From Epithemia pelagica (Eukaryota > Protista > Bacillariophyta), in NCBI GenBank assembly GCA_946965045.2, contig OX337238.1, positions 1,798,001 to 1,862,000 of the forward strand: DNA of 64,000 bases, read 5' to 3'. A program made the translations under genes and the position numbers. Under the pieces are notes generated by a model. It ran no database searches and was not told the origin of the DNA. It saw only the letters and a program-made list of their open reading frames with translations. Of the stretch, positions 1-13,900 are shown piece by piece; position 1 is the stretch's first letter, and each line of letters opens with the position of its first letter.

Positions 1-3000
1 AAAATTGCGTCAAGGGATCCGAAATTATGCCATGGGTAGGGTCGTGTCCTGACTTGGTGTTATTGTCCTGTGGTTTCTCCCCCGACGACAAGCTTGCAGT
101 GTTGGTTTCCTCGACTGCTGATGATGATGCGCGCTTTTCCAAATCCATGGGAGATGGAGCCACAACGCGAGACAACAACTTGACGACGGACATAGCCACA
201 TGAGCCGAATGGTCAAAATTGTGAAATGCGTGGTCACGGTGCCGATCGGCCATTTCCATGACATAAAGGACCAACTCGTCGTATACCGTCGCAGGCAATT
301 CGGAGTTACTTGTAGCAGGGTCATCCTTGTCACCATCTCGTTGGGTCGGTTTCAAAGCAGTTTGGTAAGTCCACGAGGGACGTTCGGCCGTTTCCTTCAC
401 TTCTTCGAGAATTGTTGTACTTCGGTTCGCCAGAGATTGCATGTATTTGGATTCATCAAAGCGTGATGACGGTTGTGAAGATTTTCTTGCAAATCCAACA
501 CTGTGTAGTTTGCCTTGTTTCTTGGTCGCCATTTGCTGGTTTCGTTGTTCAAAATTTTGTTTCAAAAACGAAAAGAGTATTTCAGTGTACCAATTAATTA
601 GCCGGGTAGCCTTGCTGTTCTCCTCGAGGGAGAGAGGATCCGTGTCATGGGAGGACGAAGCAGCCGACTCAGAATGCCGTGTCGAACGGTCATCGGCACT
701 AGACCTTTTAAACCAATATGTTTTGAGAACCCCCTTGCCTTTGGCCGCAACGGATTGTTCACGTGGCGTGACCCAGTGTTGCTTCCCAGCCTTGATCAAG
801 AGATTGGCCGTTTCTTCGGAAATGTGAATCTTATTGGCTTCTCCCGTGCTTTCCATTCGCGACGCCGTATTCATGCTATCCCCAAAGAGCTGAAATCGAG
901 ATCGGTCTCCACGCAAAACTCCTGCCGTGACGGGCCCACTGTGAATTCCAACGCGGAGGCTCAAGTCACCCGTTCCCGGTCCCAAACTGATTTCAAGTCG
1001 TCGTGTCAGGTCCATCATTTGATTAGAACATTCACGCGCAAACCGTGCCATGGCAACGGCGTGGTCCTTGCGCACATCGGGGAGACCACAAACGGCCACA
1101 TAACAATCTCCTACCATTTCAACCTTGAACACACCACGGCGCTTAGCACATCTATCGAAACGACCATTAGTAAATGACAAGATCAAGGTGAGAAAAAGAA
1201 CAGGATCATTCAACAAGAGCGTCAGTTGTCGAATTTCTTACAAGTCAAAGGCATGAAAGATTGTTTCCAACAGAATGAATATTTGCGATGGTTCTCGAAC
1301 CGAACTTTATGCATTAAATCCCCATATATCGGCAAACATGATGGTTGTTTCTGTAAACAAATCCGCGACAGGCTTTGACGAAAGAAGCCATTCGGTATCA
1401 TCTCCAGATGTAGCACCGCCAAAGTCACTGTCATGACTTGTTGTGGCACCATGTTCGCTCTGTTCGGCAAGGTAGCCCTTAACATGCGTCTTGGCTGGTT
1501 TCATGGCAGAGAAAAAGGGAATGGCGATACCACCGCCGCCTCCACCCGTTCCCACACCAGTCTGTTTGGTCGAGTCATTTGGAGGTACCGTATTGTCTCG
1601 AGCCGCAAAGAAGCGATTGCAAAATTGAAGACGCCAGCGTCCCGGATCGGACCGCCGTGTCCAGCATTTTGGCATTCCGGCGTCGTACGTAGACATCGTA
1701 AATCAAAAATATGACAGCCATGACACCAAAAATGACAGCCATCAAAATGGCGACCACGAGAGGAAGATTCGATTCGTTATCTTGCATGTACACGGACGTA
1801 GGGGACACGATGAACTTGTAGCTACAATATCCTGTCGGCCATTCGAGAGAATTGGTCGTGGCATACAAGACTTCGTCAAACAAGATTTCCTTTTGAATAT
1901 GAGCATACGCAGGATCTCTCAAATCTCCTTCACCCAGGAGAATCGGCTGAAGCGTCGACCATCACAACCGAAAGAAGGTTGATGCGAAGTGAGAGCATCT
2001 CCGTTTGAACAAGGATTGCTCGGCGTCAGTTTGAGAGGACACGTACCATGGTATTTCCCTCCAGTTCATAGGTATATGAGTTGTTGCAAGAGTTTTGCAT
2101 AACGACACGGATTCCTCGTACCCCATTGGGCAAGATATTGACCAAAAAAGCATCGAGGGCAAATATACCGGCCAAGACGGCTCCAATTTCGGCCTTGGAC
2201 GTGTCTTGATGGGTGAAGACGGGGACATAAAAATTGGCATGGGCTTGAACGGATGATTCGTTGGTCACGGGTGCATTGTGAAGTTTGGCATGATAGGCAT
2301 CGTGCGCCTCTTTTCCAATGGTGAAATCAATATCCAACCCCAATTTCACTTCCATGCGTCCCAAGACCATGTCTGTTCTCGGTAGATCGAAAATGACGTG
2401 TACAAAACAGAAACGAAGAGAAATTGTGAGAGCGAGTGGTCATAAAAGCTTTTGGTCTTGATTCGCGAGCATGTCATACCAGATCCCACGGACAGACGGT
2501 CGTACCTCGAGACGCGAAGACGGCGGCCACTGCGGGACGGATAAAGTGGTACAAGTTGATCATGATGGACGGATTGGACTGGGAAGGTGGAGATTGCGTC
2601 CAGACAGGCATGGCCGGAGTTTCGCCCGTGGCGGGAGCAATCATCCACGGTTTGCTAAAGTCCAACATGTCGTAAACAAAGGGTATGGGACGAATGGGAA
2701 AGGTCTTGTTGGCCAGGGACGGATTCAGCTTGATGTGTTCTTGAATGCTTTCTTGTTGCCATTGCATCATATTTCGGATGGCAAAGGCATTGAAGGATTG
2801 GACACTGGCTGGATTGGGCAACCATGGATTCAGAGTAATCAATTCCAGGGCAGCCCTTCTCCGAGCTTCGTTGGCATACACTTCAAAGTTGTCAATCGTA
2901 ACTTAGGGGAAGGTCATGTTGTTGACAGTGGCATGCGCAGTAATAGCCGCAGACAAATCACGACAGGCCTTGAACATATTGTCAAAATGGGAAGCAGAAA

Positions 3001-3498
3001 CAAACTTGACAGTATTGGCAAAGCTTTCAAACTGTTGTTAGCAGCAGTAGCAGAGGAAGGACAAGGGGTAAGTTAAGGGTAAATAACTTATGGATGCATC
3101 GACTTATCGGTATCCTTCGCCTTCGCCTTGTGTATGCTACTTACGTCATCTAGTGTTTGATCCATCAATTGGTCGTCAAGGTAGTTGTAGGTTCCCCACG
3201 AGACCAAGGCTCCGGATCCAATGATGATAAGAACAATTAAAATGCGCCATATACGAATTCTGAGAGTTTCTCGTTTGGTCATTTGCTGGACATGCTTGAT
3301 TTCTTGGTGGACGGCATCCTCCTCATGCTCATCCCCATTAGACAAGGTATGATCCACGACCATCTTGTCCACAAGAGAATCAAGATCGTCATCCTGGCGA
3401 TTGTTGTGGTTCTCCTCGTCGCTTCCGACGAGACTGACGGAACCATGGTCCTCCTCGTCATTGACATCATAAGGGTGGTCGTGACGTGAGGGTCTCAT
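1..3498 (-). pseudogene. Membrane guanylyl/adenylyl cyclase-phosphodiesterase fusion, paralog 1; multi-exon, runs off the window start, carries premature stops
   Basis: TM1 (WRILIVLIIIGSGALVSW), extracellular region, TM2 (LPLVVAILMAVIF), cyclase motifs MFADIWGF, KVEMVGDCYVA and RFQLFGDSMNTASRMES, then PDE start HNFDHSAHV. In-frame TAA at 2903-2905 (MTFP*VTI) and 1307-1309 (GFNA*SSVREP, where the paralogs have W). Confidence 0.85.
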
Positions 3499-4414
3499 GT
3501 TGCGTGTTGCGTTTGGTTTTGTTCTTCGTCGATGGTACCGAGAAAAAATATGAGGGCGCAGTGCGAAATGCGAAACACCACCTGCATGATTTCCATTGGG
3601 CCTTCAGGGTCGATCTTATCGGCGTGAAATTTCACACATTTCACACTTCTGGCCGACGTGGCCTGACGTTGCCAAGGTGGGTTGTGAAATTTTTGTGAAT
3701 TTCACACGAGGCAATTTGAGGCCCCCCATTGCAGTTTCACCAAAATTTCACAATTCATCTACGTTGACTAGGTGTAATTTTCCCCACGACGTTCTTAGCC
3801 CCTTCACAGCAATCACACAGCTATTGCCACCATGGATGGTTGTAAGTTCTAAGTTGTGAGACGCTTTCGCCTTGTTGGCGGGGGGTAGCTACCTTTTATT
3901 TAATTGTTGATCATTGCGAGCGCTACCTGAGAAATATGGCTTTGTTGTCGGATGCGATGGGTAGCAATTGATCCCAAATACACTCTCTATCGTCGAATCA
4001 ACACCACTGAATGAACTTTGTAAAAATAATATTTCTTTTGGTTGCTAGGGTGTCCTACGATCGCATTACATCCCATCGTGAGGACAGTCCCAAAGGCACC
4101 ACAAGTTCCTTGGGATGCTGAGGAATTTCCTCCCGACCATCTTGCAAATACTATGTAATCGTAGTTTTGGGGGAACCAATGACAAGCCATGGCCTGCCAA
4201 GTTCAGCTCGACCATGTCTTTTTCAGAAACTGGTGGGGAGTGGGGGCTATCTTCTCCCGAGCCGGCCCGGTTGCCACGAATATAAGGAATTCCAACTTCC
4301 AACACAAGAGAACGTACATGCTGCTGCTGCTCAAGAGACAAAAAAGCACACCAACAACAACCACAACAGTCGAAACCAACCAACCATTGCTAGTGTGGCA
4401 CGACGACGACCACC

Positions 4415-7400
4415 ATGGACTCACCACCACCCTTGTCTCCTCGTTCGCAACGAAGGACCAGTATTGACTTTGAGCCGTTGGATGAGGACGATCCGATATT
4501 TTTTTATCCAGTCGATGACGAGGATGACGACGATCCCGAAGGAACCGGCACGGCGGCCATGGAGGACCCTTCTTCCATGAGCGTTCCAGGGGGTGGTGGT
4601 GGACTTGAACAAGCACCACGAGAATCCATGCCCCTGGCCAAATCGTCCTCCTCCTTTCTTCTTCGACGACGACAACCGTCTCGGTTTTCCAACCCCTCCC
4701 ACAACAACAACAAGGCAGCCGTCGATCCCGATCTGCCACCCCCCACGGAATTGCAACAAGTGCAAGAATGGACGCAAGAAGAAACACGACAATTACTCTT
4801 GTGGCGTCGCGTGGCCATTCTGGTCCTGTTCTTGTGTGCGGTCCTTGTCACGGGAGGGACCTGTGTCGTAGTATCCTCCTTGCAACAAGACTTGGACGAG
4901 GCACTTGACGAACAAGATCGCAGGGAGGTAGGTCTGGTCACAGTCCATTCCATCATCCTATTAGTACGAGGATCGAGACCACGAGAACCCAATGGTTGGA
5001 ACGGTGACTGTTCTTGCTTTGGTGTGTGACTCATGGTTTTTGTTTGTCCTTTTTCTATTTGGTCGTGTTTGTTTTGTGTTTTGTTTTGTTGTTTTGTTTT
5101 CAAAAACAATTTCATGACAGTGGGACGATTGGGTGACGGCCGTAGAAGCCGGACTGTTGCAACAAACCTTGTTTGGCACTTGGCAGGGTGCCCTCCAAAC
5201 GGTGGCCCAAACGGTGGCCTTTCAAGCCCTGCAACAGCAACAACAACAAGACCAGCAGCCGCAATCCTTGTCCAATTACCTAGTGTTGGGATCGGAATGG
5301 GAATGGTACAGTCATGCGGCACGAACTCAAACACAACATCGAGTCCAACGCTTGTACTTTGTCCCTCATGTGGTCAATCATAACAATAACAGTGCGAATG
5401 ACTTTGAACGCTTTGCGCAACAACACACTAGAACGTGGTTGTCGGCCAATCGAGCCATGCATCAACAATTGGTGTCGTCGCAACAAGAACAACAACAACA
5501 AGAGGATGATCTCTTTGTCGATGAGGTTCCATCCACCCAGTATCACCACCGCTTTCCTTCCGCCTTTGAGGATTCCACCACCACCAACACAGCAACAACA
5601 ACACCCATCCACACGGACGTGGCATTGTTTCCCTTGTGGATGGAATCGCCTCCACCATTCTCCGGAAACAACGACGACGATACTTCTATAGGTCGCTTTG
5701 TTTTGACCGACATGTATCCTCTGTGGAAACCATATCTGGATCCACTCCTGGTTCCGTCGTCGTCCCATGGTACGTCGTCAACACCAACATGTACAGGCTC
5801 CCTCTCAAATAGCAGCAAGGTGCCACAAGGACTTTTCACTCACTCAATTCCTCTCGATTGATTTCGTTCGTCTGGGTGTCTTTTTTTCTCGTTTTGCGAT
5901 TCTCTCTTTCTCTCTCTTTTTGTTCTTGTTGTGAAAAATTGGTAATCCTCCTCCTTCTCATGTTCTCGTTGTGGTTTATCAATCCACCACACTCTCAACG
6001 ATAGAAACTGTGATGACCGTGGGGATCCACACTCTGGCAGCAGCCGCAGAATCCTCCTCCAATGGGACCGGGGAATCCTCCTCGGTTGAACTACCACCAC
6101 CTCTGGGCTTGCTGTTGTATCCAGTCTGGACCATGGATCCCAGCACCCCCAAGAATGATAATCCCTTGGTGTTGAATGGCATGGTGGCGGGTTTGTTTGA
6201 ATGGCATCATCTCTTGACCGCCACTCTCCAAACCGTGTTGTTTCCCACCAAAGAACATCCCGACCAACTGCCACAACAACAAGGCATTCAATTCATGGTT
6301 CAAGAGTATGCCAATCCCTCTCAATGTCCACAAGGATCTGGAACGAGTAGTACTCGTCAGTTGATCTTTCAAGTCCAAAATGGCACAAAGGTACGTTAGG
6401 AGTACTGGCTTCCACCTAGCATGAATGATTCCATTGAGAATGGTTTGCACCATTGGGTCCACGTCGCGTATTTCTCATTGGTCGATCCTTTTGCACTGCA
6501 TGTTTGGCATCCATGTGTCGTGTTGTTTGTTTTTTCACAGGTTGTCTTTGTTGGGCAACAAGATGACAAGAAAGAAAATGACGCGTCCGCTTTATCTTCT
6601 CAAATGACGTGGTCCAGAACCATTCCCTTGAGAATGGAGCAATCCTTGTCCGCAAATCATAATGGCGACTCATCGTCGGGTTGCCATCCCGTCTTGATTG
6701 TCACTCCCACTGAGGAATACTTCAGAAACAATGAAAGCAACGATGATGTCAACGACACTATGCCAGCACTGTACTTGACCATAATTGTTGGTGGAATCTT
6801 TGTCCTTTTGGCCGCCATCTTTTTCATTTATGATCGACAAGTGCAACGAAGAAATCACAAAATGGTCCATACAGCAGCACGATCTGGTGCCATTGTATCC
6901 TCCATTTTTCCCTTGGCTGTTCGACAACGCTTGTTTCGAGACAGCAGTACCGCTGCGGCGGGAGGTACTGCCTCCTCTTCGACTCCCTCTGCACCATCTG
7001 CCCTTTCCACCGGTTCCAGCTGGCGACAAACGGCCCCAGCATCACCGGGGCTGAAACGAACGGGAAGTTATCGCAATTCTCCCGGCAAACCATCAAGCAA
7101 TACAAATGCCATGGATCCTGGATTGCTGCAATTGCAACCTACGCAAACACACTTGAAAAGTTACTTGACCACGGCCCATGGTGGAGGACCTTCTCCTGCC
7201 TTTCCCAACACGGCAAGTCCGCCAGCCGGAGGAGCCGCACGTGCGGCATCCATGGATGATTTGGGCTTTGTCTTGGCCTCCAAACCCATTGCCGATTTGT
7301 TTACCGAAACCACCATCATGTTTGCCGACATTTGTGGATTCACCGCGTGGAGTTCAGTGCGAGAACCCTCTCAAGTCTTTACCCTGTTGGAAACGGTCTA

Positions 7401-9648
7401 TCGAGCCTTTGATGTGTAAGTGTTTGTGTACGCGAAAACAAAAGACCATGCATGTGTGTTTGTATTGTGTTTGTATTTCTTCTGGACAAAACCCTGACAG
7501 CAACCACGCATCCTACTCTTCTTTTTTGTCTTTTCTACAATTGTAGTATTGCCCAACGTCGAGGTGTCTTCAAGGTGGAAACGGTGGGTGATTGTTATGT
7601 GGCCGTTTGCGGTTTGCCCGATCCACGACCCGATCATGCCGTGGTCATGGCTCGATTTGCCCGCGATTGTTTGTATCGCATGCACGAACTGTCACGACGA
7701 TTGGAAGTTGTCTTGGGACCAGGAACGGCCGAATTGAGTATGCGCATTGGACTTCACAGTGGTCCCGGTACGTCACAAAAAGGGTGCTTTTCTTGTGTCC
7801 CCGGAATGTCCTCTCACGTCTCGGTTGTGTCGCTTTCCTGCTTTTCTATCGTTTCTTTTCTTATTTTTGCTCCATTTTGCAGTGACTGCTGGTGTTCTTC
7901 GGGGGGAACGTTCCCGTTTTCAACTTTTTGGAGATACAGTGAACACAGCCTCACGAATGGAAAGCACCGGAGAAGTCAATCGCATCCATCTTTCCGAAGA
8001 TACAGCAAAACTCTTGACAGACGCCGGTAAAGAACATTGGCTTTCTCCGAGAGAGCAAGCGGTAGCCGCCAAGGGCAAAGGACTGCTGTCCACCTTTTGG
8101 CTCAAACGACCTGGAGACTCCTCGTCGGCGGCGGCGGCATCGGCTCGTCTGTTGGAGCGCAACAACAGCAGTAGCAACAGTCCGTTGGCCAAAAAAGCGC
8201 AGGGATATTTAGCATCGCTCGGCTCACCTGCGCCGTCCAGCCAAGTGGCACGCTTTATTGATTGGCACGTGGAGGTCTTGTACTCCCTGTTGAAACAAAT
8301 TGTCCGACGGAGGAGGATGCTGACGAAACGACAACCCAAAAAGAGCAAAACAGCAATCATGGTCGGGAAGATTGATGAAAGTAGTGTCCTCAACAACAAG
8401 AACTCATCTTCTATTTGGGACGAGGTGGATGAAGTGATTCAGCTCCCCAGGCTCGATACGAACATGACGCATGGAAAAGGCTCGAAATACCAACAAGACG
8501 ATGACGACGATGAAGCCGAGTCGTCCATTCCGGAAACAGTGGTGGAGGAACTTCGACACTACATTACCGAACTGGCGCATATGTATCACGATGACAATCC
8601 GTTTCACAATTTTGAACACGCCTCTCACGTGGCCATGTCAGTGGTGAAGCTTTTATCTCGAATTGTCGCACCATCCGAATTAGACTATGCCAATTCGCAA
8701 CAACACCAGGCATCCAAAACTCTGCACGACCATACCTACGGCATCACGTCGGATCCTTTGACACAGTTTGCCTGTGTCCTTTCGGCCTTGATTCACGATG
8801 TGGATCATCCTGGAGTGCCCAATGTTCAGCTCGTAAAGGAAGGCCATTTCTTGGCCTCACGGTTTCATGGCAAGAGCGTTGCCGAACAAAATTCCGTCCA
8901 TGTGGCATGGGAACTCTTGATGCAACATCGGTTTGCCACGCTTCGAGCAACCCTGTATCAATCTGAACAGGAGCTACAACGGTTCCGACAATTGGTGGTC
9001 AATTCGGTCATGGCTACGGATATTGTGGACAAGGAACTCAAGGCCTTGCGCAATGATCGATGGTCCAAAGCCTTTACCGAAGACGTGGTGACAGTAGAAC
9101 GAGGAGGGCACGAAATGCCTCTGGAAGATCAGCAACGCAAACTCGATCGCAAGGCAACGATTGTCATTGAGCACTTGATTCAAGCATCGGACGTGGCCCA
9201 TACCATGCAGCATTGGCACGTGTATCGGAAATGGAACGAACGATTCTTTCGCGAATGTTATCAAGCGTATCAAGATGGACGTGCCGAGACCAATCCAGCC
9301 GATAACTGGTATCAGGGCGAAATTGGCTTTTTTGACTTTTACATTGTTCCCTTGGCCAAAAAGCTCAAGGAATGTGGAGTGTTTGGTGTCTCGAGTGATG
9401 AATACCTGAATTATGCTACCCGTAACCGAGATCAGTGGCTCTTGCATGGTCGAGAGATTGTGGCCACCATGGTCGAAACGATTCACAGTGAAGCAGCACT
9501 GCAAGAAGAGTCCAATCGGGCAGACCGCATGTCGCCCACTAGAAAATTATCCCCGGACGTTGTGGAAGAGGATATGGACCCCACGGAGGATCCTACCGAA
9601 AGTACATGGACCGAAGACAATGGCTGGACTGCCTTTGCCAAGATTTAA
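4415..9648 (+). CDS. Membrane class III cyclase (GC-like)-HD phosphodiesterase fusion, paralog 2; multi-exon, apparently intact
   Basis: Two TM helices flank an extracellular domain. Cyclase motifs MFADICGFTAWSS, KVETVGDCYVA, GLHSGP/VTAG and RFQLFGDTVNTASRMES. PDE motifs HNFEHASHV, LIHDVDHPG, EHLIQASDVAH and QGEIGFFDFYIVPLA. GT-AG introns at e.g. 4928-5120 and 7768-7881. Confidence 0.9.
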
Positions 9649-10169
9649 TGACAAACAGTTAACACATAATGGTGAGAGACACAAAGACGATGATAAGTCC
9701 AATCTCCGTTTGTTGAATGTAAACTCGGACAAGAAGTGTTTGAGGGGAGGTACTATCCTTCCACTGTTTCCTATCCGCTGGACCGTTTCGAAACACAAGG
9801 TTTCTCTGTAGAGGCTTGCCATTTGGGGGCGCCTCAAGACTTGGGAATGGGACCTGTTACCTTGGAGTAAGTCGAATATATTAGAATACATGAAGCTTTG
9901 AGCATGCCTGCTATCAGTACCACGAACTGCTTTCCCTGTGTAGTAAATAAACTGAATGGATACTCATTTGCATTAGAAGAAAGGACCAAGGGACAAGGAA
10001 AAATTCGTCCTTCTCATGATTGTCTGGGAAAAAACCAATGTCCCACCTCTTGGGATATGTGTGCAAAAGATCGCGCAAGCTCTCGCATCCTGGCATAAAT
10101 AAAAGGAATAGTCGCAGAAAATAATGAGTGCGCCTAATAGAACTACTCCCTACCAATATTCAGACTCGT

Positions 10170-10476
10170 CACTCTTACGAGTACTTCTCATATTACTCGT
10201 ACTCGTACAGATGATTACAGTGCGAGTAGCAGTAGGAAATAATAATAATCGGACTGTTAATACCAGTACTAGTAAGGAATACGAGTACTCGTACGAGGTA
10301 CGAGTACAGACGAGATACCGGATAGGGATAGGAGTACACCAGTACGAGTACGAGTACTCGTACGAGTACGAGTAACAATTACCAGTACTCGCAGTGTACT
10401 GCTAGTTACGAGTATACTCGTACGAGTACTCGTACTTTGACGAGCATTGTAGCTCGTAGGCGTAGGCATACGAGTA
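10170..10476. repeat. Intergenic TACTCG/CGAGTA hexamer array in both orientations, with perfect palindromes
   Basis: TACGAGTACTCGTA at 10280-10293, GTACGAGTACTCGTAC at 10348-10363 and 10420-10435, TACGAGTATACTCGTA at 10407-10422. Confidence 0.85.
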
Positions 10477-10956
10477 CAATAGCATTTGTAGCACTTACAA
10501 AACCAGTGTCTTACCAATCCTGTATTGTAGAGTAGCGGCGACTGACGTCACTCCAATAATTACTTAATGAGTTTTTGTCATGGCAGCACAAATAATGCAC
10601 AAATATTAATTTCCCAATAAGTTTTCTATTTCCTCAAAGACATTTTTACAATTGCCCCTTCTTCCATGGCATTTGTGAAAACAATTTGCTTGGGATGGAT
10701 TGAGAGTCTCGTTTTCCAACAAAAACAAACCGACGACAGACATCACTGACAATTTTTGTTTCTGTTTCGTTGTGTCTCCTTTGGAACAGTGTTTCTTTGT
10801 AACAAAGACCATTGTGAGAGATCTGAGTGAGAGGTATATCGGCCATAACCATAGCCACATCCGCTTTCATCCGAACGAGAACGGCAAAAGAGTCTGGTTG
10901 GTGACTCTTTTCTTTCGTGGAGGGACGGAACAGAACAATTCTTTTCGACTAGGAAT

Positions 10957-13900
10957 ATGAGGTTGCGTCCGCGTTCACCCCAATCGACTTGCATGGCTGT
11001 GGATCAAGGGACTGCCCTGCCCGCACCGCCCCTTGGAACCGACGACGACGACGAACAAAGTCTCGTCTTGATTGCTGTCGACGATTCGTCGGTGCACCAA
11101 GACGACATTCCACAACAAGATGGTCCTCCCCGGTTCATTGCCTCTGGATCGTCGCATTCCGGTTTGGAAGATGAACCGGCAGTGGTCTTGGGATCTACCA
11201 AAACCACTCCAGTTTCGGACCACGAACGAGAAAAGCAAGCCATTCAACAATAAACACAAAGGGAAACTCGACGATTGCTCGTTTGGCGACTCGTGGTGGG
11301 AAGTCTCTTGATGGGTGCCGGTGCCTTGGTCTCGTGGGCCACATACCACTCCTTGGACGATCAATTGAATGAGGAAACCATTGATAAGGTACGCGAAAAA
11401 CTGTTTGTTGTGTGTAAGTGTGCACCTGCGTTTTGGGTGGGCGGTTGTGCTTGCTCGTTTTCTCTGGATCGATATCGTTGGATCCACACATGACGTATTG
11501 GTAGTATGCCTCAAACAGAGAGACCATCAAAAACTGTAGGGAGGACCGTGTTGAACGAGAGGCTCTCTTACCCTCACACACGTTTTGTTCTTGTCTTTCG
11601 TCTACCTCTATTTCCCTCCTTCTTCTTCTCCTCCTCCTCCCGGTACACACATTTCCAATCCACATTCTTTCTTGTTTCTACTACTCGTCGTCCTGCATCC
11701 GTATCATCCACCTGGACTCTTGGCACGTACCATCCTGGACATCTTAAGTATCATGTCTTTTCCACCAACATTGCAAATGTGTCACGACGACATGTACAAG
11801 ACATGGTGCAAGCCTTGCGTGATTTGTCGGTGGAAATTACCATGCAAGCCTATCGAGCATCGACACAAGAACAACCGTCCCAATCGTCGCCCAATCACGA
11901 CTTGAACATGGCCTACTTGCCCTTGGACAATTGGCAAGCCTTGGCGGGGATGGCCCGGCAACGAGGATCTGTCGAATGGATCTTTTATGTTCCCTGGTTG
12001 CCGACGCCGACACATTTGCAACACTTTACCCAACAAGCCAATGTTCATCGTTTGTGGTTGCAGTCCAATGTGGACGAATACCGAAAGTTGCATCCCGAAC
12101 TATCATCCAATACCACCTTTCCATTCTTGTTTCCCCCAGAAGCCCCACAAATTTTTGTCTATGAAATTCCGACGCAACTGGAAAACAATCCCACTCGGTC
12201 CGGTGTCGAAAATATTTTGCCCGGTGCCGAAAAATGAAGATTTGTTTGACAATCCAGATGTCATTGAGTTGGGTGATCCGACCACACTCATAACCAAACC
12301 GGTCCGTGTCAATCGCTCTCAAACCTTGCCACTGTGGGCGCAATCGCCCCCTGCCCTTGGCGTCCCATTGGTCATGAGTGACTTTTTTCCCGTTCTCGCA
12401 CCCTTTGTTCAAGCCATTCTCCAATCCCAAGGTACGTACGTATATGTCAAGAGAAAGGAACCAAAGTGCATTGTATCTTGTATCTCGATCCATGGTCATG
12501 GAACACACACAAGCACACGTGTCATTATTTGACCTCTCGAAGAATCTATATCCCGAAACTTTTCTGGGCCTTCTTTCTCATTTTGGCGCGTCTTTTTTGT
12601 GTCCATGCGTCAACTACAGACATGGTTTTTGGTATCATGGATTTGATTGTGGGTGCACGATTGGATGCCATTGTCACACCGCAGGCACATCAAGATTATC
12701 ATACCCGATTGCATGGCAACAAGGCAACCGGTAATATCAAATCGTCCGTCCAAGCCCATGGCAATGTCTTTGTTCCCGTCCGTGCTCATCCAACCCGAAA
12801 GGTACCAACCAAGGACAATCCCGTCGTGGCTGTGATTGGAGCCTCGATTGGATACGATTCTCTCTTGGTGGATATTTTGCCCAATGGCATTCGAGGGATT
12901 CGTGTCGTCTTGTCCAATACGTGCAATCGTACGTATACCTATGAATTGAATGGCAATGAGGTGCGTTTGTGTGGTTGTGAGATGTGGCGTGTCAGTTTCT
13001 GGATTGTCGTATATGCGTTGTAGTCGGATGACGGGAATAACTCTCATGCGTTTGGTCTTCTGGACCTCTTCTTTCTTGTTGCACTGACTTTTTCGCTGCA
13101 ACGTCTCTCAACATTGGATGTATGTACAGGCGACCTTTTTGGGACCGGGGGATTTGAGTGACCCCACTTACGCTCATTTGAAACACACGGTCTCCTTTCA
13201 AGACTTGGTGTACCAAAATATCACTCGTTCGCAGCAAGTTCCGGGACATTGCATGTATCAATTTACGGTTACCCCCACTGACTTGTACATGCAAGACAAT
13301 GAATCCAACATTCCCATTATTTTGAGCATTGTGGTGGCGGTTATATTTGCTCTCATGGCTGTTTTATTTTTGATATACGACCGAAACGTGCAACGACGGA
13401 ATCGGAAAATGATGGAAACGGCGGTTCGATCAGGAGCCTTGGTCTCGTCCATTTTTCCGACGACGGTACGGGAGCGGCTCTTGGAAAATGGCAAAAGCAA
13501 ACAAGAGAAAAAGAAGGTACTTACCGACAATAACGACGACAGCACAAATCATGGAAGCAACAGACGGGATTTCAACATGTCCCTTTCCAACATGTTCTTG
13601 ACGTCCTCCTCCACGACCGTCGATGAACTCAAAAGCTTTTTCAAGTCGGATTACAAAAATGGAAGTACCAGTGAAATTTCGAGGGATGCGAATCGTGATG
13701 ACTTCGGATTGTTACTATCCTCCAAACCCATTGCCGATCTCCTTACGGATACCACCATTCTGTTTGCCGATATCTGTGGATTTACCGCGTGGAGTTCAGC
13801 CCGCGAACCTACGCACGTATTTACTCTACTCGAGACCATTTACCGTGCATTTGACGTGTAAGTCCCAGTCTGGTCAAATTTTTTGGTCGCCCATGATCGA

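Noticed and set aside
5033-5120. GTTTT repeats and CAA runs as functional repeats
   Set aside because: They are intronic pyrimidine-rich tracts and poly-Gln coding microsatellites, both ordinary.
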